A stretch of 64,000 nt of DNA from Eledone cirrhosa (taxonomy: Eukaryota), in NCBI GenBank assembly GCA_964016885.1, contig OZ024742.1, forward strand, positions 183,644,001 through 183,708,000, in the 5' to 3' direction. The notes beneath the pieces are model-generated. The model saw nothing but the letters and a program-made list of their open reading frames with translations. It did no database searches and had not been told where the DNA came from. Positions within the stretch are counted from its first letter, which is position 1, and each line of letters starts with the position of its first letter. Below are positions 1 to 13,327 of the stretch, piece by piece. Made by a program: the position numbers and the translations under genes.

Positions 1-25
1 TTTAAACTGTGCCTCACTATTATTA

Positions 26-165
26 TACGGCCCTTTATGGTCTGAGTTCAAAACCCTCCGAGGTTAACTTTGCCTTTCATCCTTACGGGGTCGATAAAAT
101 AAAGTACCAGTAATACACTGAGTAATCGCTGGCCTTGTGCCAAAGCCAAAAGTAAAAACAATTAT
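26..165 (+). mobile_element. SINE family A, 5'-truncated copy
   Basis: Same core and 3' end as 1790-1975. Confidence 0.8.
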
Positions 166-296
166 TTTCTTTAATGGAACGTTGGTAGGTGGGGGTGGGG
201 CATATACCCCCCCCCCCCCCCCCTGCCACCCCCACAAACACACCCACCCACAGCTCCATGGTCCTTGATTTTAGCATATCCTGTTTACCGTCCTAC

Positions 297-345
<49 letters not shown>

Positions 346-1789
346 GCAACAACAACAGCCTTCAATCTTTTGTCCTCCTTCGTCCACTTTTTACTACGCA
401 GTAACATTAATATAATATCATGTGTTTCATTTTCTTTCCTTATCCACCTCCCCCCACTCCCTTATTCTCTCTTTCTCTTTCTGTGTCGCTCTCCCCCCCT
501 CCCTTTACTCCCATTTCTTCCCCCTCCATTGATGGCATTGTACTTGTTATTCTCTTTGTGAAATCAAGCCTACCAATAGCCAGCCAATCAAAATGCAAAT
601 AGCAAATCATCTCTTGGGATTAAAGATGTATTTACACTTACTGAGACACTATATAGCTAGAGGTGTGGGTGTGAAGGGACGTGGTTTAGTGGTTAGGGTG
701 TTTGCCTTATAATCTTAACATCATTTCAAAGGGCAGCCATGTCACACACACACTGTCACGCTGAATATCCCCGAGAATTTACGTTGTTGCATGTTTTTAT
801 AGAAAGCTTACACGTTAATCTAACGAACATGATGTTCCTTTCATTGAATCAACCGGAACGCTCATCGTCGTATTCGACGGAGGTCCTACTTCGATGTGGG
901 TGTCTTCAAGAATGTTCTATGTTCCTTCATAGTAATGTTATTAAATTAAAGAGAACTGTACAATATAAATTTTAATAAGGAAACGGAACGTATGAGAAGG
1001 AAAAGAAAAAATAAAGAAATTAAGCAATGAAAGAAAGCGAAACGAGGCGGGAGCGTTAGATTCTACACCCCTGTCTGAGCAGTACGTTTCAGCTGCACCC
1101 TAGAAACAAAATGGCGAATGGATATTTGCAAAGAATGGCCAGTGACATCCTCTACAATACCTACCAACCTCACAGAGCTCCTTTCTCAGATGGGCTACTA
1201 CGCTTCCTATTTCAAGGAGGAAAACACCAGTTGGGGGACCGAAAACATCTGAACTCTTGACTCTGACCGACACGAAAAGGAAGCAATCGATTAAGCCCTG
1301 GTATTTGGTTATCTTCGTCCACTCTGCAAATTTTCCAACTTCTACTAATTATGGTGGGGTTTCCGTTTGCTCCTTCCGGGCTCAATCAAATAAAGTACCA
1401 GTGAAGTACTGAGGTTGATTTAATCGACTTTCCATCTTACCACCACCAAAGTTATGAATGTGTGCTAATTTAGAAACCATTATCTAACACACACACACAC
1501 ACACAGACACACATATAGTCAACATTTATGTATCTAATTAACATACATATATTCACATACACACACACACACACACACACAAATATATAATCGGGGTCGA
1601 TAAAATAAAGTACCAGTAATGTACTGGGTAATTGCTGGCCTTGTGCCTAAAATAGAAACAATTAATGTATCTAATTAACATATACACATATACATATATT
1701 CACACACACACACACACACACGCACACACACACACATAGACACACACACACACACATATATATATAGTCGACATTAAAGTATCTAATTA

Positions 1790-1975
1790 GGGCGGTGGAT
1801 TGGCAGTATCGGTAGAGGTTCGGACGCCATGCTTTGACGCACAGAGTTACGGCCCTTGTCATTCTGAGTTCAAATCCCGCCGAGGTTAACTTTACCTTTC
1901 ATCCTTACGGGGTCGATAAAATAAAGTACCAGTAATGTACTGGGTAATTGCTGGCCTTGTGCCAAAAGTAGAAAC
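1790..1975 (+). mobile_element. SINE family A, full-length copy (tRNA-like head, conserved core)
   Basis: A-box-like tggcagtatcgg and B-box gagttcaaatcc; core gcctttcatccttacggggtcgataaaataaagtaccag. Imperfect flanking repeat cattaa(a/t)gtatctaatta. More than 20 related copies in the window. Confidence 0.85.
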
Positions 1976-3530
1976 CATTAATGTATCTAATTAACATGTA
2001 CACACATACATGCACTCACACACACACACGCGCGTATATATACGGTATATATATATATATTGTGAAATCCATCTATCTACAATTTAATTCAGTATTTAAT
2101 TCAGCTTTGAAATCAATCATCCCTCGATTTTATTTAAAATCGTCAGACTCACGTAATCTCGAGCCGTGCTTCATTGGTGCCTATTCTTCGTTTGATTAAG
2201 GGTATTTTGATAGTCACTGTTTTGCTACAGTGCATCCATGGTGGCAACATCATAAAGTCACAAACATTCAGGCCATCTCTATATCGATTAGGTAACCTAC
2301 GACTCATTCAGTGATTAAGATAAATTTGAGAAAGAATAGACATGGAAGGTCTAAGCTAACACAAAATCTAACATTACTTACATGAACATTTACTTTGTGA
2401 GACTTAACGAGTTTCTTTCAGTTTAAGCGGGGTATCAGATGGCTTCTACTTATTGACATCTGATCTGCCGCCGTCTAGCCTGGAATCAGTTCGTATTCTA
2501 CAAATAATTACAAGCTCTACTGGGAGAGAATGTACAAATCCGAGGCTGGCACTTACAGACATCTGACATGCCGAGATTCAGCCAGGAATCAGTCAATATT
2601 CTATCAATGATTTCTAGGTATATTGGAGCTTGAACAACCAAATCAAAGCTTGAAACTTTCAAACATCTAACTTACCATGAATCCACCCTGGAATCAGTAT
2701 GAACTCCACCAATGTTACCCGTTTTCAAGTAATACTAGACACGAACATACACATCATAGATTATGATATTAGCATGTTTGAGGACACATGACGGCCGTCA
2801 ACATACATGATGAAACCCAGTATAGAATGATAACTGCTCTACGATGCACAAAATTCAAGTGCATGGCTGATTTAAACCATCAATCACACTTGTGAAGAGA
2901 AACATTGAGTAAATAATATTTGGTCACCGATATGGAGGAGTTGAAATGGCTATTTCAATGTGTCTCCCTCGCTATCCTCCAGGGTAACGCTTTCTCCATT
3001 CTCTCCTTTCATACTGGCTAGGCATAAATGGATAGCTGATTCCATAACTCCTCATGGAGTCGTAGAAGCGCCATATTGATATGCGGCGTTTCTCCAGGTC
3101 TGAATACAACAGCTTTCTTCTAGAAAAAGATAGAGATAGAAGGAAAGTGAGGGAAAATCGATTTTTTAATTATTTTTGAGAAATATATTATTATCTTTAA
3201 ATATAATAGTTTCTATGACTTATACATTATTTCTGAGGTTTATATATAAAATAAAGTGGAATTGTGGCGTTGATTCTTTCCACTGAGAATCATAATTTTA
3301 TCAAATTAATGAATCATAAGAATCTGAAACTAGGATCACTTTTCAAGCTATAGATCCCTTAATGAAATCCTTTACACCGCATCGACTCCCAGATACGTAG
3401 AAAAATAAATAGTAAGTAAATAAATGAATTAGTAAATGGAATATAAAATAGGTTATAAAGACTAATTATATGTAAACCAGAAACATGTAGAAGCAAGTTG
3501 AATTTTATTGTATTAATTTATGTTGTTTTA

Positions 3531-3967
3531 GGGCCGGAGATTGGCGGTATCGGTACAGCGTCAGACAACATGCTTTGCAGCATCGTGTTACGGCCCTTTG
3601 CGTTCCGAGTTCAAATCCCGCCGAGGTTAGGTTTGCTTTTCTTCCTTACAGAGTCGATAAAATAAAGTACCAGTTACACACTGGGGTCGATTTAAACGAC
3701 GAATCACCCCCCTCCCCCCAAAAAAAATTTGCTGGCCTTGTGCCTAAATCAGAAACCATTAATTTATGTATTTTAGGTTGGTGGATTAATAGTGTCGTTA
3801 CAGCGTAGGGCAATTGTTGTTCCGGCTTTTTACGTTGAATTCAAATTCAGGTGATGTCAACTTTACCTTTTATACTTTAAAGATCAATAAAATAAGCTAC
3901 TAGAAAAGTACTCGATTTTTTCTCTCGCCACAAATTGCTGGCCTTATGCTTAAATTAGAACTCATTA
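3531..3967 (+). mobile_element. SINE family A, one full copy plus one degenerate tandem copy
   Basis: Head ggccggagattggcggtatcgg, B-box gagttcaaatcc and core. A second, decayed copy lies at ~3780-3967. Confidence 0.75.
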
Positions 3968-4569
3968 TCTATATATCTAAAACAGAGAATGTCTGTCTGT
4001 CAGCTCCCTAAAACTCGAGAACCGCCCAACCGATTGTTTTCAAATTACACATGTAATACTTATGATCCTGTGAGTGTTTTGAGAAAAAATTTTTTTCAAA
4101 TTTTCAATGCCCTAGGGACCGCATTGGGCGATTTAGCAATCTCTCTCTATAATTCTTAGTCTTTCTTTTTAGATAGATACATAGATATAACGTTGCTCCC
4201 TTATAATATCTGTCTGTATGTCTGGCTGTCTACATTACGACATTATGACGCTGTGTGTGTGTGTGTATATAGTGTGTGTATATATATAGTGTGTAACGTT
4301 TTTCGAAATATTTACTTCTGCGTTCACAGACTGATTTTTTTTAGTTTCAGAAGATCCCGTTAAGGGTGAAAGCAGCGATTCTTTGCTTAAACTTTAATCT
4401 GTTATTTTAATAAATATATATATATATATATATATAATTATATATTCGTGTACAGATATTTTTGCATACACAATAACAAAATATAAACGAGGCTCGATAA
4501 GGATAAATATATATCAAATATATAAGAACCCTAGAGCAAATCCCGAGCAACGCCGGGCCATTCTGCTAG
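3968..4569 (+). mobile_element. Non-autonomous Helitron-like element
   Basis: Starts TC after a host A. Ends with a GC-rich hairpin (cccgagcaacgccggg) and CTAG before a host T. No TSD. The same 3' end recurs at 44548-44576. Confidence 0.75.
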
Positions 4570-6678
4570 TTTTATGTATTTTCATTGTTTATACAAATGT
4601 CAGGATTTGGTCCAAAAGTTCAATCGAACCCCTTGTGTTATGCCATCGACGCATGGTTAGCCGCATTGATTCAGGGGATTTGATATCGACCTCTTTAGGA
4701 GGGCTTTTGTTAAACACAAATATTCGTATCATTCACCAGATAAGAAATAAATTTCACTCACGCCAATGCTGAATAACGACGTAGATTTAAAATAAACTGT
4801 TGTTACGGTCTATAAAATTATAACAATTGCTTTTAACTGGGAATTTGCACGTGATTATGTGTGCATAGTTGTGTGTGTGAGCGCCTGTAGATTTGATTGT
4901 ATGTGCGTGCGAGTAGAGGTGTATGTATTTGGGTGCTTGTGTGCAGTTATGGGTGTGCGTGTGCGTATATAGTTCTGTGTATATTACTGTGGGTATTGTG
5001 TATGTGTGTGCGTGTATAGTTATATTTATATACGTTTGTGCGTATCTAGTTATGTATATGCGTATGTATCTGAGGGTGCGTACGAGTGTAAGTGTGTTTA
5101 TGCGTGTCTGTGTACCTAAAAGTGAGTTTCAGTATATTTTTCTGTTTTAAATCTTAACGTCATGTACCACATAAAACCACATTAGCAAGACATTCCTGAA
5201 AAGTATAAAACAGCACTATGACCGCATCACATTAAATATTCGTCTTTAAATTACTATTGCAAATGTTGACAACGATTTGTCCACTAATAAAGATACAATA
5301 AACATTTAAATTAACAAAGCTAATTTTAGATATTTTCTGCTAAATCATTACAGAATGCTATGAGTTAATTAATACCCACACACAAAATGTTTTAGCGTAA
5401 ATAATTACACCACATTAAAAAGTAAATTCTTTACACTGCTACTGCACATTTTCACAACGATCTGTCCACTAATAAAAATACTATAAATATTTTAATTAAC
5501 AAAGTTATTTTTAGATATGTTTTGCTAAATTATTACAGAATTTCAAGAGTTGTTAAGTGCTGAGCTGTGGATGTTACATAGAGTCTCAAAAGTCAATCTG
5601 ACTCTGAACTGATATAAAGTTGAAACTGAACAACTTCCAGCTCAGTTGATTCTAGGTAGAAATAATAATTGTTTCGAGGGAAAGAGACTGTAATTATTGG
5701 ACTCATTGCCTTAGGGACGTAGACACGTTCTGCTGCAGAGACAGACAGAGTGGAAGAGAAGGAGAAGAGGGGTAGGATAAGAAGTGAGACAGAGGGAGGG
5801 AGAGAAAGAAAGAGAAAGGCGAAAGAAGAAGAAGAGAGGATAGGGAGAGGGAGTAGAGAAAGGAAGGAGAGAATTGAAGAGATAAAAGGAGAGTGAGAAG
5901 GGGAAAGATGGAGACAAAGAAGTAATAAAAGGAGAAAGAGAAAGACGGAAGAGATGATGAACGAGAGAAAGAGATAGTGTATGTAGTTAGAGACAATGGG
6001 TGACATACACAAAGAACGAAATAAGAATCAAATTGGGGTTTGATATGAAAGAATGGCTGAGAAAGAAAAAGGTAAACGAGAATTTTTTTGTTAAAATTCT
6101 CCAATGGCAAGAAAGAAAATGAAATTCAAACTGGTATTAATGTGGTAAAGGATGTCAGATTTAAAGGAAGGGCGGTTAGGATGATATTTTGTTCAAAGAC
6201 AAGCGAAAAATAACCAAGTTTGTTAGATGAAGTTTTGTTCCTCCTTGCTGAGACACTATCGAAATAACAGTTTGCTCCTGAAAATGCTTTATCATATTTG
6301 TTCCGGCTCTTTGCCGAGATAAACGTTTCCTTTCGTCCTTTCGGGGTCGATAAATAAATTACTAGTACAGTACTGCAGTCGATTTAATCGACTTACCATT
6401 CAACCTAAATTAGAAACCATTATTATTTTTTCGTTTTTTCTAAAGACAGTATAAAATATGTGCCTACAAGAATTGAGATTGAAAACATATGCACTAAACA
6501 AAAATTGGGTTGATAAAATTGCCAACATACCACACATTTCCCCAAATACAAGTGATTCTGCTTTTGTCTTTATATTCAGATCAGACCAGAGTGATATCAG
6601 TAAAGGTAATACGCCCCCTTTAGTTCCTGAGTTTAAAACTGGCGGTGTCAACTGTAATTATATGTCACTGGGATCAAT

Positions 6679-8981
6679 TTACGATGTCTCAACGCCATAT
6701 TCCAAAAAAGACCAAGCCAGCGGTGGACACACAAATCTCCAAATGGCGACAAGACACAACTGGATTATATCATAAGCAATCGAAAATGGAAGAACAGCGC
6801 AAAAAACTGCAGAGCATATGACTCATTTGTTGGTGTTGATCGGACCATCGCATTGTCTCGGCCAAGATACGATTAAGTCTCCGAGTGAATAAAAAGAAAT
6901 CTGCAAATGCTACTCCTTACAACTGGGCAGTTCTGAATACCAATCCTGAGACTTACAAAACCTTTGTAACCCAACTGGGCAAACGATTTGCTGCCCTACA
7001 AGACGCTGCGCCAACAAAATCGTCAAATTCTACATTTAACCACTTTCAAATGGCATTCAAAGAGGCTGCGACCGACACCATCCCTTTAAAACCCAAGGTT
7101 AAAAAACGAAAACCCTGGGAAACAGTGAGGATACGCCAAAAGCGCAAAGAGTTGCGAAAAGCTGCAGAATTGAAAGACACTCAACCATCTCCAGAAAACA
7201 TTAGTAACTTCAATGCTGCTTGTACAGCACTGAAAAGTGAGTATGAAATTGAGCAAGCCGAATACATGCAGAAAAAGATCAATCATATCTCAAGTACTGT
7301 CACCAATAAGAGGTCTGCTGAAGCCTGGAAAACTGTCAATGAAATTAGTGGCAGAAAAAGTAGTGACAGAGCCAAACTGAAAGCCCCCAGCCAAGATGAA
7401 CTGTGGCAACAACATTTTCAGAACCTACTTGGCAAAGCACCACAGATCATCGAAGAAGAAATAATATCCGTTTTTACAGAGGAACACCAAATACAGAAAG
7501 GTCCTTTCACTATGGAGGAACTACAGAAAGCAGTGAAAAGTATTGGTAACGGAAAAGCGTGCGGACTCGACGAGATCCCAGCTGAAGTGTGGAAGGTACC
7601 TGAATTTCACCTAATCCTACTAGAGTTGTGTAATGGTGTCTATAATCAAGACCCCATAGACAAATGGACTGAGGGATGCATACTCCCTTTTCCCAAAAAG
7701 GGCGATCTTGGAATGGCTAAAAACTACCGTGGCATAACACTAATGGCAATTGCCGCAAAGGTATACAATCTTATGTTGCTTAACAGAATAAGACCTATCA
7801 TTGACCCTTTGCTGAGAAAAAACCAAAAGGGCTTCCACACCAACAGATCAACATCAGGGCAAATACTTACTATTCGGCGTATCTTGGAAGGCGTAAAAGC
7901 CAAAAACCTCCCAGCAACTCTCCTGTTTATTGACTTTTCAAAAGCATTCGATTCCATCCATCGTGGGAGGATGAGAGAGATACTTCTCGCCTACGGCTTG
8001 CCAAAGGAAACAGTAAATGCCATCATGATGTTATATAAAAACACCCGCGCAATGGTGCGCTCACCTGATGGAGATACCAACTTCTTTGACATCATTGCAG
8101 GAGTACTCTTGCACCATATATTTTTATCATCTGCCTCGACTATGTATTGAGAAAAGCCCTGGACGAAAACTTGGTTTCACTCCCACAAAGCGAAAGTGTA
8201 GATGTCATGCAGCTCAGAAAATCACCGATGCTGACTCTGCGGATGATTTAGCGGTCCTCGCTGACTACATCACTACTTCACAGCATCGAATCAGTTGCAA
8301 AGGAAATCGGACTCTATGTCAACGCAGGCAAAACAGAATATATTTGCCTGAACCAAGACTCCTCAGTTGGTATGCGAAGTCTAAACGGTGATATAATCAA
8401 GCAAGTTGACGACTTTAAATACTTGGGTAGCTATATCGCCTCCACAGAACATGATGTTAACATCAGACTGGGAAAAGCTTGGGGAGCATTGAATGCAATG
8501 GAAAAAATATGGAAATCAAACCTGCCGGCCAAACTGAAAAGGAATTTCTTCAGAGCTGCTGTGGAATATGTGCTTGTTTATGGCTCTATCACTTGGACGC
8601 TAACGTCAAAACTGGAGAAAAAGCTAAACGGGGCATACACACATATGCTCCGTGCTGCTTTAAACGTATCTTGGAGGGAACACCCAACAAATAAAGATCT
8701 CTATGGCAATATACCACATATCAGCAAGTCAATACGTAAACAGAGACTCAGATTTGCTGGCCACTGTTGGCACAGCAAGGAAGAAATAGCAGGCGATGTA
8801 TTGTTATGGAGTCCATCTCATGGAGCAAGAAACGCTGGTCGTCCTAAGAAGACATACGTCAAGCAGCTTGAGGACGATACTGGATGCACTGCGGAAGAAC
8901 TGGCAAACGCTATGAGAGACAGGGATGAATGGAGGAAACGTATCGTAGAAGGCCGAGCAAGCTCGACCTGATGATGATGAA
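6679..8981 (+). mobile_element. 5'-truncated, decayed RTE-clade LINE (end of APE endonuclease + RT)
   Basis: 6679-6880 translates to ...QLDYIISNRKWKNS... then, after a frameshift, SDHRIVSAK (APE C-terminus). ORFs 6885-8150 and 8372-8971 carry RT motifs (PFPKKGDL, NYRGITL, FIDFSKAFDS, degenerate SADD, FKYLGS, RLRFAGH). Ends in a (TGA)n tail. Candidate TSD tgggatcaat at 6669-6678 and 8982-8991. Confidence 0.9.
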
Positions 8982-9019
8982 TGGGATCAATAATGTCCAT
9001 ATCAAATATGGGGTGAATG

Positions 9020-9270
9020 AGCGTGGTTTAGTAGTTAGAGTATTCTGCTAACGATCATAAGGTAGTGAGTTTGATTCACAGCTCCGAGTTGTGTCTTTGA
9101 GCAAGATATTTTATTTCACGTTGATCCAGTCAAGCCAGCTGGAAGAAATGAGTTGATGTGTGATTCAAATCATCGGCGTTGTCACACAGTGTCACACTGA
9201 ATCTTTCAAAGAACTTCATTAAGAGTATACATATCCGTGGAATGCTCAGCCACTTACACACTAACGACTC
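9020..9270 (+). mobile_element. SINE family B copy
   Basis: gcgtggtttagtagttag...gtgtctttgagcaagatattttatttcacgttg. Confidence 0.65.
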
Positions 9271-9955
9271 TGTAATTATACAGGGAAACACCAGAGCGAC
9301 TGACAGGTCATCGATTCAACCTTGATACACATGTATGTACATATATATAATTTAATATAGAAATGGCTTCTACAGGACTAGAACTGTTTCATTTGTATGA
9401 AACAGTTCTAGTCCTGTAGAAACCATTTCTATATCAAATAATGATGTTTACCAATGTATTGAGTACTTTTTTAACTGTGGTTACCCCCGATTTCACTTGG
9501 GATGTACACACACACACGCGTATATATATGCACGTACGAATATATGTATGTATGTACGTATGGATGTGGGTATGTATGTTTGCATGTATGTATGTATGAA
9601 TATATGTATGTATGAATATTTGTATGTATGAATATTTGTATGTGTATGAATGAATGTATATGTATATGTGTGTATGTATGTGGGGATAAAATTGATAGAA
9701 ATCCCGACACGTGTTAATACTAATACTAAATAAATAAGGAAAATATTTACTTAGCCCGACTTATAACTAGTTTGCATTTTAGTTTCCATCATAGAGACTT
9801 CTAATATTTCTATCAGCCTATTTATATTCACGGTTTGTTTTTACCCAGCTAGACACGTGCATATTAACTTGACTCAGCTTAAAATATTATATAATCAAAG
9901 TTTATCAAAAATATTCCAGAAATTCTGATTTATAATTATTATTCAGTATGTTATA

Positions 9956-10139
9956 GGCGGTGGATTAGCAGTATCGGTAGAGGGTCGGACGCCATGCTTT
10001 CCAGCATAGTTACGTCCCTTTACGATCTGAGTTCAAATCCCGCCGAGGTTGACTTTGCCTTTCATCCTTACGGGGTCGATAAAATAAAGTACCAGTAATG
10101 CACTGGATAATTGCTGGCCTTGTGCCTAAAGTAGAAACA
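9956..10139 (+). mobile_element. SINE family A, full copy with 18-bp TSD
   Basis: TSD attattcagtatgttata at 9938-9955 and 10140-10157. Confidence 0.9.
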
Positions 10140-10192
10140 ATTATTCAGTATGTTATAAATATCACTGCATCATAATTACGGAATGTTGATAA

Positions 10193-11527
10193 TGATAATG
10201 GTTTTTTTGATTTAGGCACAAGGCCAACAATTTTTGGGGAGGGGAAAATCGATTAAATTGACTCCAGTGCATTACTATTACTTTACTTTATCCCGCCGAT
10301 GTTAACTTAGTTAACATCGGCAGGATTTGAACTAAAGGGCCGTATCTCTGTGCCGAATGTTGATAATGGTTTCTGATTCAGGCACAAGGCCAACAAGTTT
10401 GGGGAAAGTCGATTAAATTTACCCCAGTGTGTTACTGGTGCTTTACTCTATCGACCCCGTAATGACGAAAGACAAAGTTAACCTCGGCTGGATTTGAACA
10501 CAAAACGTAAACGGACGTAACTTTATGCCACAAAGGATGTTGTCTGACGCTCTACCGATACTGCCAATCCCCCACCCTAATAATTGTTTCTGATTTAGGC
10601 ACAAGGCCAACAATTTTTTTTGTGTGTGTGTGTGGGGGGGGGGGGGGGGAGTCGATTACATCGAACCCAGTGCATTACTGGTACTTTATTTTATCGACCC
10701 CGTAATGATGAAAAGCAGAGTTAACCTCGGCAGGATTTGAACTTAGAGACGTAACTATATACCACGGAGCATGTTGTCCGACGCTCTGTCGATACTGTCA
10801 ATCCTCCGTCAATAATGATAATTGTTTCTACTATTGGCACAAGGCCAGCAATTACCCCAGTACATTACTGGTACTGAAGTATGAAATTTCAAGAATGTGA
10901 AAGATGAAAAAGTGATAAATTGATAGAAAAATTCTGAATTGAATCTTAGAGTGGATATGTTAGAGAAAGCTTGTTTGCTAGGATAATACGACATGTATTG
11001 GATCGAAACTGAAAAAAAGGAAACAATGTCATGATGTGAAAGACCATTGGAGGTGGTCCGCTAGCTTAACTAAACTAGGAATTAAAATCAATCATGAGGG
11101 ATTGATCTTAATTCATAACAATGATTTCAAGTATAGGCACAAGGCCAGTAATTTAGGGGAAGGAAAAGTCGATTAAATTGACCCCAGTGTGTTACTGGTG
11201 CTTTATTTTATCGACCCCGTAAGGATGAAAGGCAAAGCTAACCTCGGCGGGATTTAAACTCAGTACGTAAATGACCGTAACTCTATGCCACAAAGGATGT
11301 TTCCAACGTTCTACCGATACTGCCAATCCACTGCCCTTAATTCATGATAATAATTGTTTCTACATTTGGCACAAGGCCAGCAATTATCCCAGTGTATTAC
11401 TGGTACTTTATGTTATCGACCCCGTAAGGATGAAAAGCAAAGTTAACCTCGGCGGGATTTGAACTCAGACCATAAAGGGACGTAACTCTTTGCTGCAAAG
11501 CATAGCGTCCGACCCTCTACTGCCAAT
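10193..11527 (-). mobile_element. Cluster of ~6 minus-strand SINE family A copies with an embedded LINE 3' remnant
   Basis: ggcacaaggcc...actggtactttattttatcgaccccgtaa recurs at ~10193, 10363, 10580, 10815, 11120 and 11350. 10940-11000 reads LRVDMLEKACLLG, like the C-terminus of RLE-type (R4/Dong-like) LINEs. Confidence 0.8.
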
Positions 11528-11599
11528 AAGGATTTATTTATTAGCCACACAGAGCTGACATTAAGCAAACAATAGACAGCTCAGGACAATGCGTTTTTG

Positions 11600-12075
11600 T
11601 GTGTAAAAATGTTATAACAAAACTAAAAAAATAAACATTTAAAAAATCAAACGAAACAAACGCCACAAAAAACCATGGTCATCCTGACTGCTGGAGCAAA
11701 TGCCCCTCCCAGTTGAGTTCTTCCTCAAGTCTACATGTGTATGTTCAGAGCAGGCCCATTCACTCGAGTCACACTCACTACTCTCACCTAGTCGGTTGGA
11801 AGGTAGCACTTCTCTCTCTGTCTTGATTTTCCTCTTCAAGTGAAACCTGAAAAAGGTAATTAGGGTTTCCTCCAAGAGGTAGCTACATGTTTTCAACCAT
11901 TTTAAATGCGTTAACCACAGGATTCTTTTTCGCTATGCTACCATGCAGACAAAAAGTGCCTGTCCTTTCCCTGTAAAGGAAGACAGCAAAGCGATCTTCA
12001 CGATAGACTCAGTTGTAGGCGGATCCGTCATACGTGTAACAACAGGTGTTCGACATAAACCCACAAGCCAGCAAT
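11600..12075 (-). mobile_element. Decayed L1/Tx1-like LINE 3' fragment
   Basis: Peptide FFRFHLKRKIKTEREVL followed by a T/G-rich 3' region; abuts (GA)n. Confidence 0.4.
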
Positions 12076-12128
<53 letters not shown>

Positions 12129-12329
12129 CGTGGAAAAAAGATTTTAGTCACTTAAAAAGACAGAAACTTATATTCATTTGTGTTTTATTCCTTAAAAGTA
12201 CAGTGTTATGATGAGACGAAATGTTTCGTTGCACGTCTGTGTTGCCGACTACTGACACAATTTCGCTGCATCTAATGGACATTGTAGAGTAAATTCTATT
12301 CATGTTCTATGCCTTGCGCCTTTGTTATA

Positions 12330-12960
12330 ACAACGATATCTGATACAATATTTCTATATCAAATGTGATATTTCTATATCTGATGAAATATTTCTACATC
12401 TGACGAAATATTGATATATCAAGTGAGATATTTATAGCGATACAATATATCTATATCTCATAAAATAATTATAGTGCTGATATATTTGCATATCTGATGA
12501 TATATTTATAACGATAGGATACATATATTACGATATCTGAGGAAATATTTCTACATGTGATGAAATATTTATATATCAAGTGAGATATATCTATATCTAT
12601 GGAAAAATTTATATATTAAGTGAGATATTTCTATCTGATAAAATATTTCTGTATCTGATGAAATATTTCTATAATTGATGAGATATTTCTATATCTGATA
12701 ACATATTTATAGCGATAAGATAGATATATTTCATCAACGCCCAGCGTCTCTCCAAGAACACACCCTCCATAGAACGCCAAGGAGTTTCCAGCGATTGTCC
12801 TGTATCTGATGATATATATTCTATATCTTAGGAAATATTTCTATATCTGATGATTATTTCTATATCTTATGAGAAATTTCTATATCTGATGTTATATTTT
12901 GATATCTGATGAAATACATATATCTCTATACCTGATGAAATACATATATTTTTATAACAA
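12330..12960. repeat. Degenerate ~21-bp minisatellite (ctatatctgatgaaatattt)
   Basis: More than 20 diverged tandem copies, interrupted at ~12735-12800. Confidence 0.75.
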
Positions 12961-13268
12961 TAATTTCCTTCGCTCTCCAACTGTTTTCGAAGTTATTTTC
13001 AATGGATCCATCATTCATTGAAATCCCATCTACTATATAATTTTGTCGAGGTTGGAGCTTGGAGGGAGGGGTTCGTGGGGTAGCTTTGTGGGGAGGCTTC
13101 GTAGCTGTTGCTTCCCCCAGGCTGGCTTCTTTCAAATCATGTCAACATTTTTGTTGGAAAACTCACATTTTGTGAGGTTTGTAATACAGAAACCTGTCCA
13201 AACCATCTAAGCATGAAAAACCGGAGCCTAAAATAATGACAGTGAAAACGAGATTCATATATATACGA

Positions 13269-13327
<59 letters not shown>

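Noticed and set aside
5593-6110. Hydrophobic L/S/F-rich ORFs as membrane proteins
   Set aside because: Antisense of a purine-rich low-complexity tract.
12330-12960. Many CTGATGA words as hammerheads or C/D-box snoRNAs
   Set aside because: Part of a ~21-bp minisatellite; CTGATGA overlaps GAAA directly, leaving no room for stem II.
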